From positions 15,550,142-15,614,141 of the forward strand of contig NC_068998.1 of assembly GCF_001194135.2 (NCBI RefSeq): 64,000 bases of DNA, in the 5' to 3' direction. The stretch comes from Octopus bimaculoides (Eukaryota). A program made the position numbers and the translations under genes. Below are positions 1-14,106 of the stretch, piece by piece (positions within the stretch are counted from its first letter, which is position 1; the number at the start of each line of letters is the position of its first letter). Below the pieces are notes generated by a model. It did no database searches and was not told the origin of the DNA. It worked only from the letters and a program-made list of their open reading frames with translations.

Positions 1-77
<77 letters not shown>
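1..77. repeat. (AT)n(AG)n microsatellite
   Basis: Direct reading; many similar arrays occur throughout the window. Confidence 0.95.
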
Positions 78-79
<2 letters not shown>

Positions 80-989
80 CACTTATACAAATGCACAATA
101 TAAACACGTATATTCACAAAAAGTTATTAATGACTTCGAAGTTTCTGTCTGCATTTTGTATGGGTTAACAGTGCACATGCTTGTAATCGTGACATTCACT
201 ACTTAATAGCTGATGATAAAATTCATTGTAATTCAAAGAATCTGTACTATTTTTACCGAAATTTTCACAAACTTTTTATATAAATCGAAACTTTCCTAAA
301 CCGTAATTGCTATCTTATTATTTTTCTTATTGATTGTTAAGATTGTTCACCCCATGTCGAATAAATTTATGATCGAATATAAATCGGGACGACTCTGCCC
401 GTTAATCAGATAGTGTTATTAGGAACTATAATATCTAATGCGATCGTCTTTTTTAAAGATCCTAGTATTTGATCTGAAAGAAGATAGGCTGTTATTTCTA
501 ACAGTTAAAATTTTTTTCTCGTAGGCACGTTTATTGAAAGTGTTCGTTGCAAGCATCATAGAAGTAAATTTAAGGCTGGACATAATTATATATGTACTTT
601 CTTTGATTTAATCACAATTTACAAAAGTAAACAATATTGAAGCTATACTTAGTGAGTGGAATTTGTTAGATGTACAGAGGTTAACCGCGTGCGTGCGTGT
701 GTGTGTGTGAAAATAAATACATAAATAAATACATATAATTAAAATTAAAAAAAAAATAAAGGCAGACACACCCCCTCAATTATACATAGCACTCGGATAA
801 AATGGTATTTCCCTGTAAAAATATTCGAGGCAGCTGTTTATTACTTAGGCAGAAGTGCTTTAACAGTCAGACACCCACACGAATATCATCTGATACGTCG
901 GCGAGAGGGTACGTCAGCAATGACAAAAAAAAAGTAATAATAATAATAATAATAATAATAAACAAAAATTATAACTTCTTAAGTGATCC

Positions 990-1375
990 AGCTTCCCTGA
1001 ACGTCTCAAATGTCACAAAGCTTGAAAAATGTCATTCACTGAAAACTATTTCAGTGTCGTATTACGTTCAGGAGCGGATGCAATAACCCACAATTAGTTA
1101 TACCTACTAACATCGCAGCATTAAGGAGATGAGACGGAGCGGAAGACCCCTCTAAGAAGCGCCTCATATCTGGCTTTTTCCTCTTGCGTCAGGACAAACA
1201 GTGAGCTTATCATCGGGCCTCTTCCAGTTGTCCCCGGACAATCCCACTGAGTGCCAGACTCGAGGAATATTTAATCCAGTTAGGGCTCGTTTAATAATTT
1301 TGTTGTGGTGAGCAAAGCAACCGGCATACAGTCTAATTCCATTGTGTAAGACATAGTTTGAAACTAGATGCCATA
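990..1375 (-). mobile_element. Decayed CRE-like (restriction-like endonuclease) non-LTR retrotransposon fragment
   Basis: Translation AGCFAHHNKIIKRALTGLNIPRVWHSVGLSGDNWKRPDDKLTVCPDARGKSQI*GA, then SAPSHLL after a frameshift; resembles the RH..N.IIKRAL...GLS..DGKRPDG.T..PW..G...WD..T.APSH block of RLE-type elements. Confidence 0.65.
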
Positions 1376-2253
1376 CAAAATTGTGTACCGATGAATGTTT
1401 GCAAATACGAAATTATTATTTTTATATATATTTATAAACAGAATTAAATTCGACTGAAATACGGTGGTAGTAATGATTGGAGAATAAAATGAAAGCAGAG
1501 AAGAAAAATTTTGCTTACGGTCCCTTATTTACTTAAGTGTTAAACTAATAAAAGACGGAAGCAAAAATTATTGCTCTAATATAGTGGAAATATATGTTAC
1601 ACGATGAGCATTGTTATAAGAGTAGACGGCTTATTTTAAATTGGCACGATACAGAAATAAACAAACTAAACAAATCAGTGCCTTGGGGCTACACTGAGGA
1701 AAATGTCTAACATAGAAAGTATTGGAGGGAACTTAAGACATGAAACAGTTGGAAATGGATGCAAATATATCAGAAGTCCTGTGTTTTAATGTCACGAGTG
1801 CTAATCCATGGTGCCAGGATTTTGATGATGATGATTTATGTTACTTATCATCTTACGAATATATATAAAGAGAGAGAGAGAGAGAGAGAGGCCATGAACC
1901 AACAGGTTCTGGGATCTGATGATAAGCCGTAAAGCTAAGCGCATTATGGACGTGAAATCCAGGGTAATCCCATACACTCTCACACACACAGAGTTTCACA
2001 TAGAAGTTTATTCCCCCTAAAAAATATTCTTTAAAACATTTTCCCGCGCTTTGTGTTTCGTCTGCTGTTTTGGAACGAGTTAATATTCTAAATACCAAAG
2101 GTTTCGTTTTTGTAAAATTAATAATGTGAACGATCAAATATTAAAAAGTGATAAAATATTATACACACACACATACGTCTGTGCATACATATTTTTGTTT
2201 GAAATATTCTAAGCTGATAAAATTTATTGTAGCAAACCGAAACTATAAATAAG

Positions 2254-2315
2254 CCGGAAGTTAACTTCTTCATTTTAGAGATCAAAATACTTGTTGTAAA
2301 AGGTGTTTCCGGTTT
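2254..2315 (+). promoter_or_regulatory. Candidate EIF2D core promoter with ETS motif
   Basis: CCGGAAGT at 2254-2261 and tttccggttt at about 2306-2315, 30-90 bp upstream of the ATG in locally CpG-containing DNA. Confidence 0.5.
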
Positions 2316-2345
2316 AGTGATTGTATTTAATTGGCATCATCACTC

Positions 2346-2401
2346 ATGTTTAAGAAGAGCTTTCGTGTTAAGACCCAATCGTCCTTAAAGGGTTCTGACA
2401 G
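2346..2401 (+). CDS. EIF2D: EIF2D coding exon 1 (MFKKSFRVKTQSSLKGSDR)
   Basis: ATG at 2346; donor AG|gtatca; typical eIF2D/MCT-1 N-terminus. Confidence 0.93.
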
Positions 2402-5400
2402 GTATCAATTATTACTTTTGATGCTTCAACATGATTAGAATTCCCTTTGAAATAATGGAAATGTTATTTGTTAACTGTAGAAATACATCTTCGTAATGAT
2501 TTCAAATTTTAAAACCGATTTAGTTTTGAGACCACGCACACAACACAGTACATTGCACTTTAATTAATCCCTTGCAAGCCGAAATATGTAAACTTGAAAC
2601 ATATGCCCAGCACACTGCTTATTTAAATAACTCGAACAGATATAGTGAGCGGTATTACACTTACCACACCAGCTGACATATTCAGCGAAACTCAGCATGG
2701 ATAGTGTTTTCCTATGTTTACTAATTGATATAAAGCCATATATTTCTCTGTGTGTGTGTGTGTGTGTGTGTGTGAATTTTTGTTGACTAATAAATATTTT
2801 TGATAACATTTGTATGTAGGAAATATGTACTCTAGTTAGCTGTACAAATATACTTCAGAATTATAAAGAAGTGTCTCTTTTTATAATGTTCTAATATTTA
2901 AAATGCTACACAAAAACAATTCGTTCTGTTAAGCTGCAAAGAAATACGGAATTTCTTCGCTCGCAAAGCCAAACCATGGCAATAAAGAGGCTACTGCCAT
3001 CATATTAACAACTTGGACGTTTGTCTTGGTAAATACCAATATAAAAAAATAACTATAATTAGCTTGTTTCATATGTATTAGCTCTGTCTGTTACATTGTA
3101 TCAGAATCTATATGCAACTAGGAATCCACTCAATAAAGAGAAAAAGAAACTACAATAAAACAAAGCGTAAAATTAAAAGGGAAATTAGTTTTCTCCTTAC
3201 CTCCCTTTGATTAGTATCTTCGATTTTGGTTCAAACTGTCAACCGCAAGGAAGTTTATTATTTCTAGTCTATCAAAAATCACACATACACAGATGGCTGT
3301 ATGGGGAAGCGTATGAGGGATCTTAAAGCTGATATCCGTATGAAGGTCTCTAAATGCTCATAAATTCTCATTGATAAAAGTTATTAATCTGACAATTTCT
3401 ATCAACTTGCCAAGTTTCTACACCATCTTTTACAAGATATATTGAAATGTAGATTTTGTATTCAAATAATGTGGAGTCTTCGTAAAATTGCTTCTAATAC
3501 GTAAACTTAATCTTTTACAGCTATGAAAGTGTGCTTCAGTATACCTTACCTTATTAAGTATGCGTGTTGGTGCTATGAAGTTTGTTTTGTAAACCACATT
3601 GCTCCAAGTTTGATAACATTAGTATCATGTTGCTATTATTTTGTGTTCATGTACACCATGTAAGTGGAATTTAATAAAACCTGTAGTACGTATATAGATA
3701 TAAAATAACTATATAATAACCCTGAGAACATATTCTGATACCATGTCACTACCATCTTTATTTCTCTTCCCACTTGCACCCTGATTAATCCCACCTACAA
3801 TTATACAGTGCGACATAGCTTTGTATCTCTTCCCCCAGAAACCCATTCCTGCCCGTTCTTTCATACTTGAAACCTCAACACCTAGTATAAAGCCGTCTCC
3901 CACTATACTATACTTCTACTCAGTCAATGGGATATTTAGTCTTGCAAGTGACATGGTGATCTCACTAGTGTTGGTACCACAAAAAAAAACATCCAGTACA
4001 TTCTGTGAAGTGGTTGTCATTAGAAAAGGCATCCAGTTGTAGAAACTGTGACAAAGCTTCATCAGAGCATAACACAATTCAATTTGTTACATCGTATTCA
4101 ACCATTCAACCCATTTGGAAGACAAATGTTGGATGATGATGTTTATATATATATATACACATACAAACACACACTTCATTTTTCCATGTTTGCATGGGTT
4201 AGACAAATATGTTTTTGAGGTGTTGTTTTATAGCTAGATGCTCTCTTCCTGACACTAACCTTACCTATTTTTCAAATAAGGGGCCTCTTATTCCATACAA
4301 CTTAATAGGTGTCAAGCTAATGGATGATTTGTCTATAGTTCTGACAAAAGTGACACCACTTGTCTGTTGCAACTTTAGTAGAAGCAAGCACATGTAAACA
4401 GGCAGACACACATGTGTATGTGTGTATCATCATCGTTCAATGTTTGTCTTCTATGCTGACATGAGTTGTATGGTTCAACAGGAGCTAGCAAGCCAGAAGG
4501 CTGCACTAAGCTTCAATGTCTGCTTTGGCATGCTTTCTATGGCTGGATGCCCTTCCTAATGCCAGCCAATTCACAGAATGTACTGGGTGCTTATTGCATG
4601 ACATTAGCACTAATGGAGTTACCAAGTAACTCACAATACAACATTCCTCTCAACCGAGGGTTATGTAGTATTGATGAAGGTGGCTTTATGTCTGATGGTT
4701 GGAGGTTAAATTATAAGAGAACGACCAAAACAGATGTCTTGCTGTAGAGGAGATACATGGTTACCCTAGCTGGAGAGGAGTAAATGTAGTGATGAAGATG
4801 TGTCGTGTTACTGGAAGGTCAGTAAAAGAGAAGTGGTCCAGATTGGTTGGATGGGGTGAAAACGTTGGTAAGTTTGTGAGAGTGTTTGATGGATAAAGAT
4901 GGGGCAGAGGTGAATGGTGAACACAGGTGAAAATGTGGTCAGTGATGAATATCAGTGTGTGTGTATATATATATTTTATTATTTTACTTGTTTCGACCCC
5001 AGGACTTCTTCTTTTCTAAGCCTAGTACTTATTTTATCAGTCACTTTTGCGAAACTGCTAAGTTACAGGGGCATAAACACACTAGCATTAGTTGTCAAGT
5101 GACGGCAGGGGGAAAAACACAGACACATACTCTCACACACAATTTTTTTTATGCAGTTGTTCTCTTCCTTATACCTCACATGCACATAACAATGTAATCT
5201 CTCTTGTGCACTAATCTGATTCCTTTTATGTTCAGTTTTTCTTTCAGCTCATTTGCGCTCTATTATTCATGCATGCTTGTATTATGTAGAGCATGCTCAC
5301 TTCATTTCTTACTAATTTTCAAAAATCTGCATTCAAGTCCCGCGTCTCACTATCATGCAACATTGTACTTCATACACAAGCATCATACAGTTGCCCTTCA

Positions 5401-8400
5401 TTCTGAGAGAGAAGCCCTTTGTTGCTTGCAGAGATAAGAGCACCCTGAACTTCTTCCAACCTGTTCATACTCTGACAACTACGTTATATGAACTCCCACC
5501 CTTACAGCTAATTAGGTCTCCTAGGTAACAAGCTATCAACAACTTCTGGAGAGCTGCTTGTGCTCTTAGTACTTATTGACCCTGTGTATATGCCACGTGC
5601 AAAGTCTACCTGCTGTATTTGTCTACATGTGGTTCTACTACACCTTATGCATCCACAATTTACACTGCATACACCATTTGGAATTTTTACCTCTTCCTTT
5701 TCTATGCGCTAATAATGGCCTTTGCCTTAAAAGTATCAGGGTTTTCTCTTCTCTCTTGCTTATTAATACTTTAGTCTTTGCTAAGCTTACTTTGAGGTCA
5801 ATTGTTTCTAGGTTTTGTTTTTATGCCTGAAATTTCTTTTCAAATTGAATCATCAATTAGAATTAGATCATCTGTATAGAGGACTTCCCATGGGTAGCTA
5901 GTCTGCTTCTTGATGTACCCCTTACCTTCATGCTGAATTAATCACTATACACATTACTAACTCTCACTAGTCAGTCACTTATCCCAAGTTTCCTCAGTGA
6001 CCACCAAAAGACTCTGTCAAAGGCCTTCTCTAAATCAACAAATTCCAGCTATAGGGACTTACTCTTGTCTAGTTACTTTTCCTGCAGCTAACTAACTCAC
6101 TAGGAAGATGACATCAGTGGTATTTCTACCTGTACAAAATTTAACTGCACTGTATCTATGTTAATTCTCATCCTAATCAATTATTCCTATAATTCTTTTA
6201 CTAGCTTTCATATCCTCTTTCAACAATAGCTCTGTAATTTCCTCTTTCTAGTGTGTCACCTTGATTGTTGACAGTATATTGAAAGAACAGGTCAAAATCT
6301 GAATTAACAAAATGAATGTTATCGTTCACTTTCACTGTGATATTTGAGTATCAACATTGGATGGGCTAGTTGAGTGCTGCACACATACCATAGATGGTAA
6401 ATTCATCATGAATATTAAGCTGACTCAGTAATATAATTAAAGATTAAAATGGGAAACCAAATACTCTGTCTGCTGTGGTAGAATATTGTGGCAGTTGTTC
6501 TGAGATAGCACTGCATGTCCCTTAGCTTGTTGTATGATGACATGCACTGGTTCAAATGGTGTGATAATGGGATGGTGACAAAAAAAAAATGTTCTGAAGA
6601 ACATTTTACATTCCTCTCTAAGAAATGTACCCTTTCTTTCTAGCACTCTGCACACCTCTATTAACCAACTTCTTTGCCTACTATTTGAATTCATTCAGCT
6701 CTTCTCTCCTTGCTTTTTTTCTGTCTATAATCAGTCTATTACTTATATAAAGCTTAACCATTCTTATTCACTTTTGTACTCCCCTCTAGTAAACACTTTC
6801 TGTGATGAGAAGTTAAGTATAAATTTATTTAAAATTTACTAACTGAAACTGATTTTCTTTGTAATGATTCTATCCTTGCAATATCATAAAACAACCTGAC
6901 CAGAGTGTCATTTCATAGATTGAAATAGCTTAAAGTTTTTACATTTATTTTCAAATAATCTGACTAAGATGTTAAAAGCTAAACAGTGTCAGAGATGCCC
7001 AAAGCTAAGGACAAACTAACTACATATCCTTTGAAATGAAATGTTGATGTAAATTGGGAATCATCATCTGTTAGTGCAAGGAAGTATATGAGATGTGAAA
7101 TATAGAGACCTTGAAGAGACACTGATGAAGTGGTTATCCATCAACATCTCTGATGTTAAAATTTTAAGTGTTACTGTCAAGCTAGCTAAGTACATGGAAT
7201 TTCAAAGGTACTATAGTGTGGTTGTGGTAATTTAGAAATAGCCAGGGAGTGGGTCATAAAAAAATTGCTGATGGTGAAGCAGGCAAATTGGAAGGAAATT
7301 GAAGTAGTCACAAAAAGTTAAACACCTTAAGAGTGAAGAAATTCTAGTGAATAATGGAAATGGAACTTCCTTTGTATATGATTGTAAATTAAGTAAGGAA
7401 TAATCTTTTGGCTTATGTTGTGCAAATGCAGGCAGTTTACCTCTTTTAAAGTTAGTGGTGGTGAGGACCTCTGCATATTTGCATGTTTTGAGACACAATG
7501 CACCACCTATCTGTGTATTCTTACAATTTCAAGAATTTGTGATTCAACACTCATATCTTTCTGCAGTGCATAATTTACTGCTGGTGAGGTGAAAGTGATA
7601 CTAATTTTGAATAACACACCTACTCATTCTGATGGTCACCAGCTTTTCAGTAATGGTGGTAAATTAAAGTACATATTCTTATTACACGATGATATCTCCA
7701 TAATCCTATCAATGGACCAAAGTTTAATTATAACCTCCTAGAGATATTTAGATGAAGCTCTTGTGGCAGTAGAAAGGGACCCTCTTTGGGAAGATGCATG
7801 GGGACAAAGAACTCTCTGTAACATCAAGAACTGTGAACTCAAGTTTGAAATATTCAATTTAAGAGTTTTGTAGAAGCTACTAAAGATTAACACTCTAATC
7901 AATATTTGAAAAAAAAAAAAAATGATATGGATGTACAATATAATTTTGAAGGATTCAGGGTAAAACATTTTCATAGTACACTCTTGAAGGTAGGTGAAAT
8001 AGCTGTTACACATGAAATTCCATATGGGGTACCCAGTGTAAAAAAGGGACACACAAGATGTAGTGGGATCACATGCAAGTGAACAGAGAAGGTAGAATTT
8101 GTGACCAGTAGATACAGATGGCTTATAAGTAATGAGTACACAGTAAATAGATTCTGTCAAATGCCCAGAAGGCTCTCTGGGAGTAATTGATAACTTCTGT
8201 TACCTGTATGAAAGGTGATGATGGAGAAGATGAAGATTATATACATATATGACTATAACATTCAATCTGAAGGCAAGTGCCTGCCCAAAATCGCATGCAG
8301 TGGGATTGAGTACAAGACCATGCAGTTGCAAAGCAAACTTTTTCACAACACAGCTTTCCATCCATCTATATACCTGATACATATATCTGTTTAGCACAAA

Positions 8401-11400
8401 CACAAAATATGCATTCGGTGTTGTTTGTGGCTGCTTTATGCTGACATCAGTTTGAAAACTGATTGTTCATGTTGTCTGTTTTTGTCTTGTAACTTAGTGG
8501 TTCAACAAACAGAATTCAATAAAATAACGCTGAAATATATATACTATACTGAGTTTGTAACCTGTATATTTGTGTAAAATGACACATATTAAAAAACTGT
8601 CATTTCTTATTTCCAGAATAAGCACATTTTAATACACAATTATATAATACTTTCTTTTTTATCTGATTTTGAATTTATGATTTTAGGAAGAAACTCAGAG
8701 CTGATTTAGTTAAAGCTTTCCCGTCTTTAGATGAAGAATCTCTTGAAGAATTATGTCCAAGCAAAGGCGATGTTTCTGTTATGAAAATTTCTACACACAC
8801 TGGGGAAATTGCCTTTGTCTATTTTTATCAGAGAGATCCCCTTGTGTTTGAACTCCATAAAACGTTTTATCCAACAGGTGAGCCAGTTCTTTTGTGATTT
8901 TTGACTTCATTTGAATTAAAGTTTAAAGATTGTAGTCATTATTAAATTATATAAATTGGTGGAGCTTCTATTTTTTTTTTTTTGATTGTTCAGTATTACA
9001 AATAATATGTCGTTTTTTATCCTACTCACTTTTTGCTGAAATTCATCCCCACGCCTTTGAACATGGCCTTAGGCCCAATTCAGAGAGCTTTGTGAAGCTA
9101 CTGGAGACTGGTCACTCGCTGGCTTGAGAGAGTTGCTGCTGGAAGGCCATGTGTGTGGTAGCAGGATTCAGTTACATGCCATACCTCCAGAAAGAGTCAG
9201 AAGTAGTTGTCAGAGAACTTCTACGACTTCATCAGCCCCAATTTCTGACCTCTTAATTCCCTTGGTTGTAACCCCATAGATTACTTCATGTGAGATATGG
9301 TTGAGAAAGACACCATCCACTTTTCCTGCAACACTGAAAGCTGAGCTGATGGCCAAGATCAAGGAGGTGTTGAAAGATCTTGATGAACATAATGATGATG
9401 ATAAGATTCATAAATTAACTTTATAAATACTATCTGGATTAGATTTTTAAAAAATTAACTATTTAGCATTTAAACCAGCCATGTCTGGCGTATATATTCT
9501 ACCTGTTTTATGTTCAAACCAGCCAGATCTGGCCTTTCACACCTACCTTCCAATCTCATTCTAAAAGTAAATAATCACATCATCAAAATCTACAAGCTAC
9601 GAGATGATACATGACTACAATGTGAATAAATAAGCATTACATTTGAAAAGAGTAATCTGAATGCAAAAGGGTTAATCTAAAATGTGTAAGAGCTTTCTCG
9701 TATTTTAGTATATTTTATTTATGAAAATATTTAATGAATTAATTGTAATAAAGATTTGTTAAATGTGACTAAAGTAAAGAAAGAAAAAGACAGACACACT
9801 CACTATTTGATTACACCAGTTATAATATATGTTAGTCAATACTAAACTGGAGAATTATTTGTGAAGAATATATACTTTCATGGATGAAGTGTTAAATATT
9901 GTACAACTTTTCCTTAAAATGTACAGAAACATATTTTGTTGTAACATTTAAAAAAATATCTTTTACAGTTTACCTTCTATGGAAGCACCCAAAACTTCTG
10001 GAACCATTTACAACATGGCCTACAGTTTTCACAAAGATTACAGGAGGAGCTGGTAAAATCAGTTCTTTTCTTTGGTTCTTTTTGTATATATATATATTTA
10101 CATCAATTAGTTAAGTGGTTCTCAAATTTCTTTGTGTTTACCACGATTTTCATCTATTCATCCCTTTTATTTGTATACTATTCCTAGAATGCTTGTTGAG
10201 GTAGAGTCCTCAGGTACCTCCTCTGTAGGGTCCTTTCAGAAACAACCATCATTACACTTTTCAGCTGGATTCCCAAGCATGACCAACTGAGATTATGGAC
10301 AATATCCAGCTATCTCATTCATGGTCTACCCCTATATTTCCTGCTTGTCAGTCATCTTTAGGCTCCATACTTCACACCCATACAGTGCTGCTGGCTAGAA
10401 CAAGGGTTTTAAAAGTTTTAGCTTGATGCTTTTGCTAAGGGCACAGCCTCTCCATATTGTATTGAGTGACCTGATGACTGATCTTTGTGCACCAAGTATT
10501 ACTCTGGTTCCTTGGTTGCAGTTTGCTGTTTGGTCAACAACAGAGACAGGTACATTGAACTTGTCAATCTGGGTTCTAACATGACGACTTGGAATTATGT
10601 GGTAAACTACTCAATGTTAAATCGTATTGTTTATGAGTTACTGGTCTTCTATTTTAACTTTAAAAAAAGAACAAACTTAAAATTAAAATGTTAGTCTGAA
10701 AATTAACTTTAAAAAAACACCTCAACTTCAAAGGTAATGGATTTGTCTCTTTTATTTTTAAGATTTAATGCTTCCTGGTGTAATAATGAAAGGAGATGTG
10801 TTCCCATGGACCTTCAAACATATAAAAAAGGGAGACATTTGTTCTGTCAATGTTCAGGGCAACCAGTAAGTATGTTCAGTAATTTTGAAGGCATGTGGCT
10901 TAGTGGTTAGGGTATTCCAGTTCACGTAAGGTTGTGAATTTAATTCCTGACAGTGTGTTGTGTCCTTGAGCAAGACTCTTTATTTCATGTTACTTCAGTT
11001 CACCCAGCTGGCAAAAATGAGTTGTATCTGTAATTCAAAAGGGCCAGCCTTGTCGCATTCTGTGTCACACTGAATCTCCCTGAGAACTGAGTTAAGGGTA
11101 AGTGTGTAAGTGTGCTCAGCCACTTGCATGTTTATTTCATGAGCAGGCTGTTCTGTTGATCTGATCAACTGGAATCCTCATCATTATAACTGGTGGTGTG
11201 CCAGTTCAATAATTTTTAAAGCTTGAATTTATGGCAAATCATGAAAGCTTGCAATAAATCATTTCAAACAAACCTAATAATAATGTTTGATTTTGTTATT
11301 ATTGTTATTGTGCAATGGGTTTGAAATTACTGAGGATGAAAACTGATACAGCAAGGTAGTTTTCAGAATATTTCTACTTAACTATTTTTCAATGCTTTAT

Positions 11401-12245
11401 TTTAAATATGTTATTTATTTTTCTTAAATTTATATATAGATTGATCATCAAATCCTTCTTTTATTTATTATGTATTCATTCATTAAAGAAATTTCCCAAT
11501 TAATTTTCTAATATGCTCTGATATAAAACTAATCCTTTCATGTCATTGTTTTGTCGTGTTGTGTTGCCACTGTTTCATAGCTTTAATTTCACAGAAGTTA
11601 TATTAAATTGTGGGTTAATGCTAAGCTTCTAAGCATTTGTTTTACACCATAGACTTATTCATGTTTATGTGATGCATCTTTTTTTTACTGATTGCTGCCA
11701 AAATTTCTAATTTAAAGCAAACATGACATACCAAGATATATGAATTGTTGTTACAAGACATGACTGGAAAGTGAATAACCCCAATTTTTATCAATAAATT
11801 TTTAAAAATACCTTTCTATAAAAATCTAATTTCCACCCCACCCAAACACACCCAAAAATGATTTTAACTCAACAGAGACTACATAAAGGCAAAACTAACT
11901 CTAATGCATCACAGTCTGACATTGGCTTAGCTGGCCAAAACTTCGGAGTCACTGTCAACAACATTCTTGTATAAAAATAGTTAATATATGTGTGTATATG
12001 TATGTATAAAAATCTACATGAAATAAACTGTTATATTTATATGATATCATTTTTTTTCCCTACAGATCTCCTTTGGCTATTGGCAAAATGCTGATGTCTG
12101 GTCTTGACATGTATGAAAGTGCTATGAAAGGGAAGGGGATGACGATTCTTCATTTTTATGGTGATGAACTCTGGTAAGATAGACATTAAATTTCTGTTGT
12201 TTGTTTTATTTTTATTCACTTATTATTTTTAAGAATGTAATTGAA

Positions 12246-12282
<37 letters not shown>

Positions 12283-12451
12283 GATATAGATAGGCGCAGG
12301 AGTGGCTTTGTGGTAACAAGCTTGCTTCCCAACCACATGGTTCCAGGTTCAGTTCCACTGCATGGTGCATTGGATAAATTTCTATTATAGCCTCGGGCCA
12401 ACCAAAACCTTGTTAGTGGATTTGGTAGACGGAAACTGAAAAAAGCCCGTC

Positions 12452-12495
<44 letters not shown>

Positions 12496-14049
12496 TACAG
12501 ATGTATATATATATACATGCATGTATGATTATGCACTAAAGACACATACATTGAGAAGTTGGTTCTGTATCTAAAGAATTAGTCAATGTATATGAAAGAT
12601 GCTGGTTGATGATAAATGTTGAATGACGGACATACTGTAATATGTCAGCAGTGAATTTACAGGAATAGAGTATATTGTAGTCAGAAGATTTGAGAGGAAG
12701 TTTATAGATTAATTTTTAGGATAATAGTTCAAAGAGATGAGAAGATATTGTCTGTTGGCTGGAGTTCTGTTCTTTCAGTTTTGTGCTGCTCGTGCCAGGA
12801 TAGCTGGAAAAAGAATTAAGCCAGCAAGTATATTATACTGTAGAGAAATGAAGATTCTGTAGTCTTACAGGCTAGAAACCAACCTCCCTAGTGATGATGC
12901 TATAATAAAATGCACCGAGTAACACTCTGTAATGTGGTTGGTGTTAGGTTGGTCATTCTATCCATCTCTTTTATTGAACCGCTAAACTATGGGGACATAG
13001 ACACACCAATACTGGTTGTCAAGCAGTGGTGGGGGGGACAAACACACATACACATGATGAGCTTCTTTCAGTTTCCGTCCACCAAATCCTCTCACAAGGC
13101 TTTGGTCAGCTCAAGGGTATAGTAAAAGGCACTTGCACAAAGTGCCATGCTGTGGGGCTAAATCAGGGAAGCATGTGGTCGGGAAGCAAACATCTTATCA
13201 CACAGTCACGCCTAGAAATATTTATTTAATAATTGTCATCCTAATTAATGATAGAGCTAATTAATGATCAATAGCTACTGTGAAACTATAGTGAATGTTT
13301 TACTAATGAATAATTGATCCTATTGATTCAGGGCTGCTGGGAGTAAATCAGAACCACCACGTATTCGTTCTGGTAAGTAAAGTATCTTTTATATTCTTTT
13401 CTCTTAACAGTCAGCCTATATATGTTCTGCTAAATGTGTATGAGCTTGTTCATATAATTCTGATTATATAAAGTCTTTAAACCTTTAGCATTCAAACTGA
13501 CCACATCCAGCTAAAATATTTAACCTGTTCTATGTTGTCTACAATGTCCACATCATTGAAATCTCTAAACTACAAGATAATGCATGATTAATTATATAGC
13601 TAAACAAAACTTTACGTTTGATAGAGTAATCTGAATACAAAAGGGTTAAGGGCATTCAGCCATAGAAACTTAGGTAAAAATGAAATGCGGGAGTAATATA
13701 TGGAACTTCCAACCTGTCTAGAAAGGCAGTGGCTCCAAACGAGAAGTGATTTTAATATTGATGACCCAACCAACTCATGGTAGCATGGAAAGCAGATGTG
13801 AAAATAAAGATGATAGTTATTTGTAAATTATTCACTTAGTTCGTCTACATATGTTCCTCAGGTCATCAAACAAAATAACAAGCATTGTGAAGGGAATATG
13901 TTTAAATTTGACATCTCTCACTGTAAGTTTAACTGAAGATGAGACAAGAATGTTTAATTCAGAGCCTGAAACTGATATTAAGCTATCTGCCATTTCTTCT
14001 GCGACCTTCGCAAAGATAGGAGCCTAAATAATATACTTGTATATTTATA

Positions 14050-14106
<57 letters not shown>

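Noticed and set aside
7738-8160. 140-aa minus-strand ORF
   Set aside because: Antisense to a decayed pogo fragment, low-complexity composition, no motifs
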